Shown here: positions 63,102 to 64,000 of the stretch, in pieces | Position numbering within the stretch: position 1 is the stretch's first letter | How the letters are laid out: each line of letters starts with the position of its first letter | Source: Tubulanus polymorphus | Lineage: Eukaryota; Animalia; Nemertea | DNA: 64,000 bases | Assembly (NCBI RefSeq): GCF_964204645.1 | Contig: NC_134026.1 | Span: forward strand, 7,587,950 to 7,651,949 | Direction of reading: 5' to 3' | Notes under the pieces: model-generated | Seen by the model: the letters and a program-made list of their open reading frames with translations, nothing else | What the model was told of the DNA's origin: nothing | The model's database searches: none | Translations under genes and position numbers: made by a program

Positions 63102-63911
63102 TAACCTATACACCACCACTACATCGACTACAAAACAAGCCTCAGATTACTACGATATACTGTATTATTCTATGATTATAAATTACAATATAGATTAATG
63201 TATATGGTTTTGGTATATCTCTTTTTGTCTTTGGTTTCTCTTGTATTCGCTTAGTTGCCCAAAGCCTCTGCGATTACACGAGCATTTTGGCCCGGGCCGA
63301 ATTTGGCCCATGCAAAAGCCTAAGCATAAGCCCTAGTTCACACGTGTGCCAAATGGACCCGTACCTATTTGACCCGAGGCAAATTTGGTCCAACCAACAA
63401 CGTCGGATTAGGCCCGGGAATTTTAGCACGGGTCTTCGCATTGTTTAGTAACGAGTGAGTAGTTTACGTGCGAACACGCTCATTAGTTAGGCACGGGCTG
63501 AAATTGACTCGGGCCTGATCCGTGCAAACTTGTCCCGGACCAAATCATCTCCGTGTGATCGCGGCTATTGATCCACTGGTCAGATCTGATCGTCTTGGAA
63601 TTCATTGTGATATCATTCAGCCTCACTCAGAAGAAATTTAACTCGTGCTTAGATTTTCCAACCTGTTCAGATGTCTTCCTCAGATTCGATATTTCACCAA
63701 ATACAATGAATTCTTGTACAACGAATATTGATATTTAACTTAGTTACAACTTTCACAAAATCTGAGTAAATTGTACTAGATTTCTAAGAATTGAATTTTC
63801 ATTTGATGTGACCAATGAATTGCGAGCTTAAATAAGTAAGACATGGCTTTAATTTGCGTCAGTCTATTGATACAATCAGTCCACACCTTCAGCAGTTAAT
63901 TGTCGCGAATC

Positions 63912-64000
63912 ATGAATTCGACTCAGATGCAAATCGGTCGCACGTTCAGTAGTTACATCGTTCTCATGTCTGTTGTAAAGAGGTCTGGAGCCTACCTAGC
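63912..64000 (+). CDS. 5' end of another GPCR paralog (cut by the window edge)
   Basis: MNSTQMQIGRTFSSYIVLMSVVKRSG preceded by the shared upstream module (~63640-63911). Intactness is unknown. Confidence 0.7.
   Translation, partial: MNSTQMQIGRTFSSYIVLMSVVKRSGAYL

Noticed and set aside
62756-63175. 139-aa ORF
   Set aside because: It overlaps TYMP exon 8 in a different frame; the TYMP frame stops at 63101.

Overview
AT-rich eukaryotic genomic DNA with GT-AG introns, most consistent with an invertebrate bilaterian (the taxon cannot be fixed from sequence alone). From left to right: an intronic tRNA-Gln; the first coding exon of a DMRTA-class (DM-domain) gene on the minus strand; and two paralogous multi-exon gamma-glutamyltransferase (GGT) genes on the minus strand. 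Further right are two intronless HNMT-like SAM methyltransferases and an 8-exon thymidine phosphorylase. An expanded family of intronless class-A GPCRs is dispersed through the right two-thirds: 4 intact, 3 near-full-length pseudogenes, several fragments and one cut by the window end, two of them nested in a TYMP intron. The most unusual structures are in the first GGT gene. (i) A ~4.2 kb, 65-bp minisatellite whose unit is a copy of the exon-6 3' end plus its splice donor. (ii) Two identical initiator-tRNA genes in inverted orientation bracketing an in-frame 624-nt exon cassette. (iii) An intact minimal hammerhead ribozyme of the Penelope type. Gene models were assembled by eye from splice signals and reading-frame continuity; no database searches were run.
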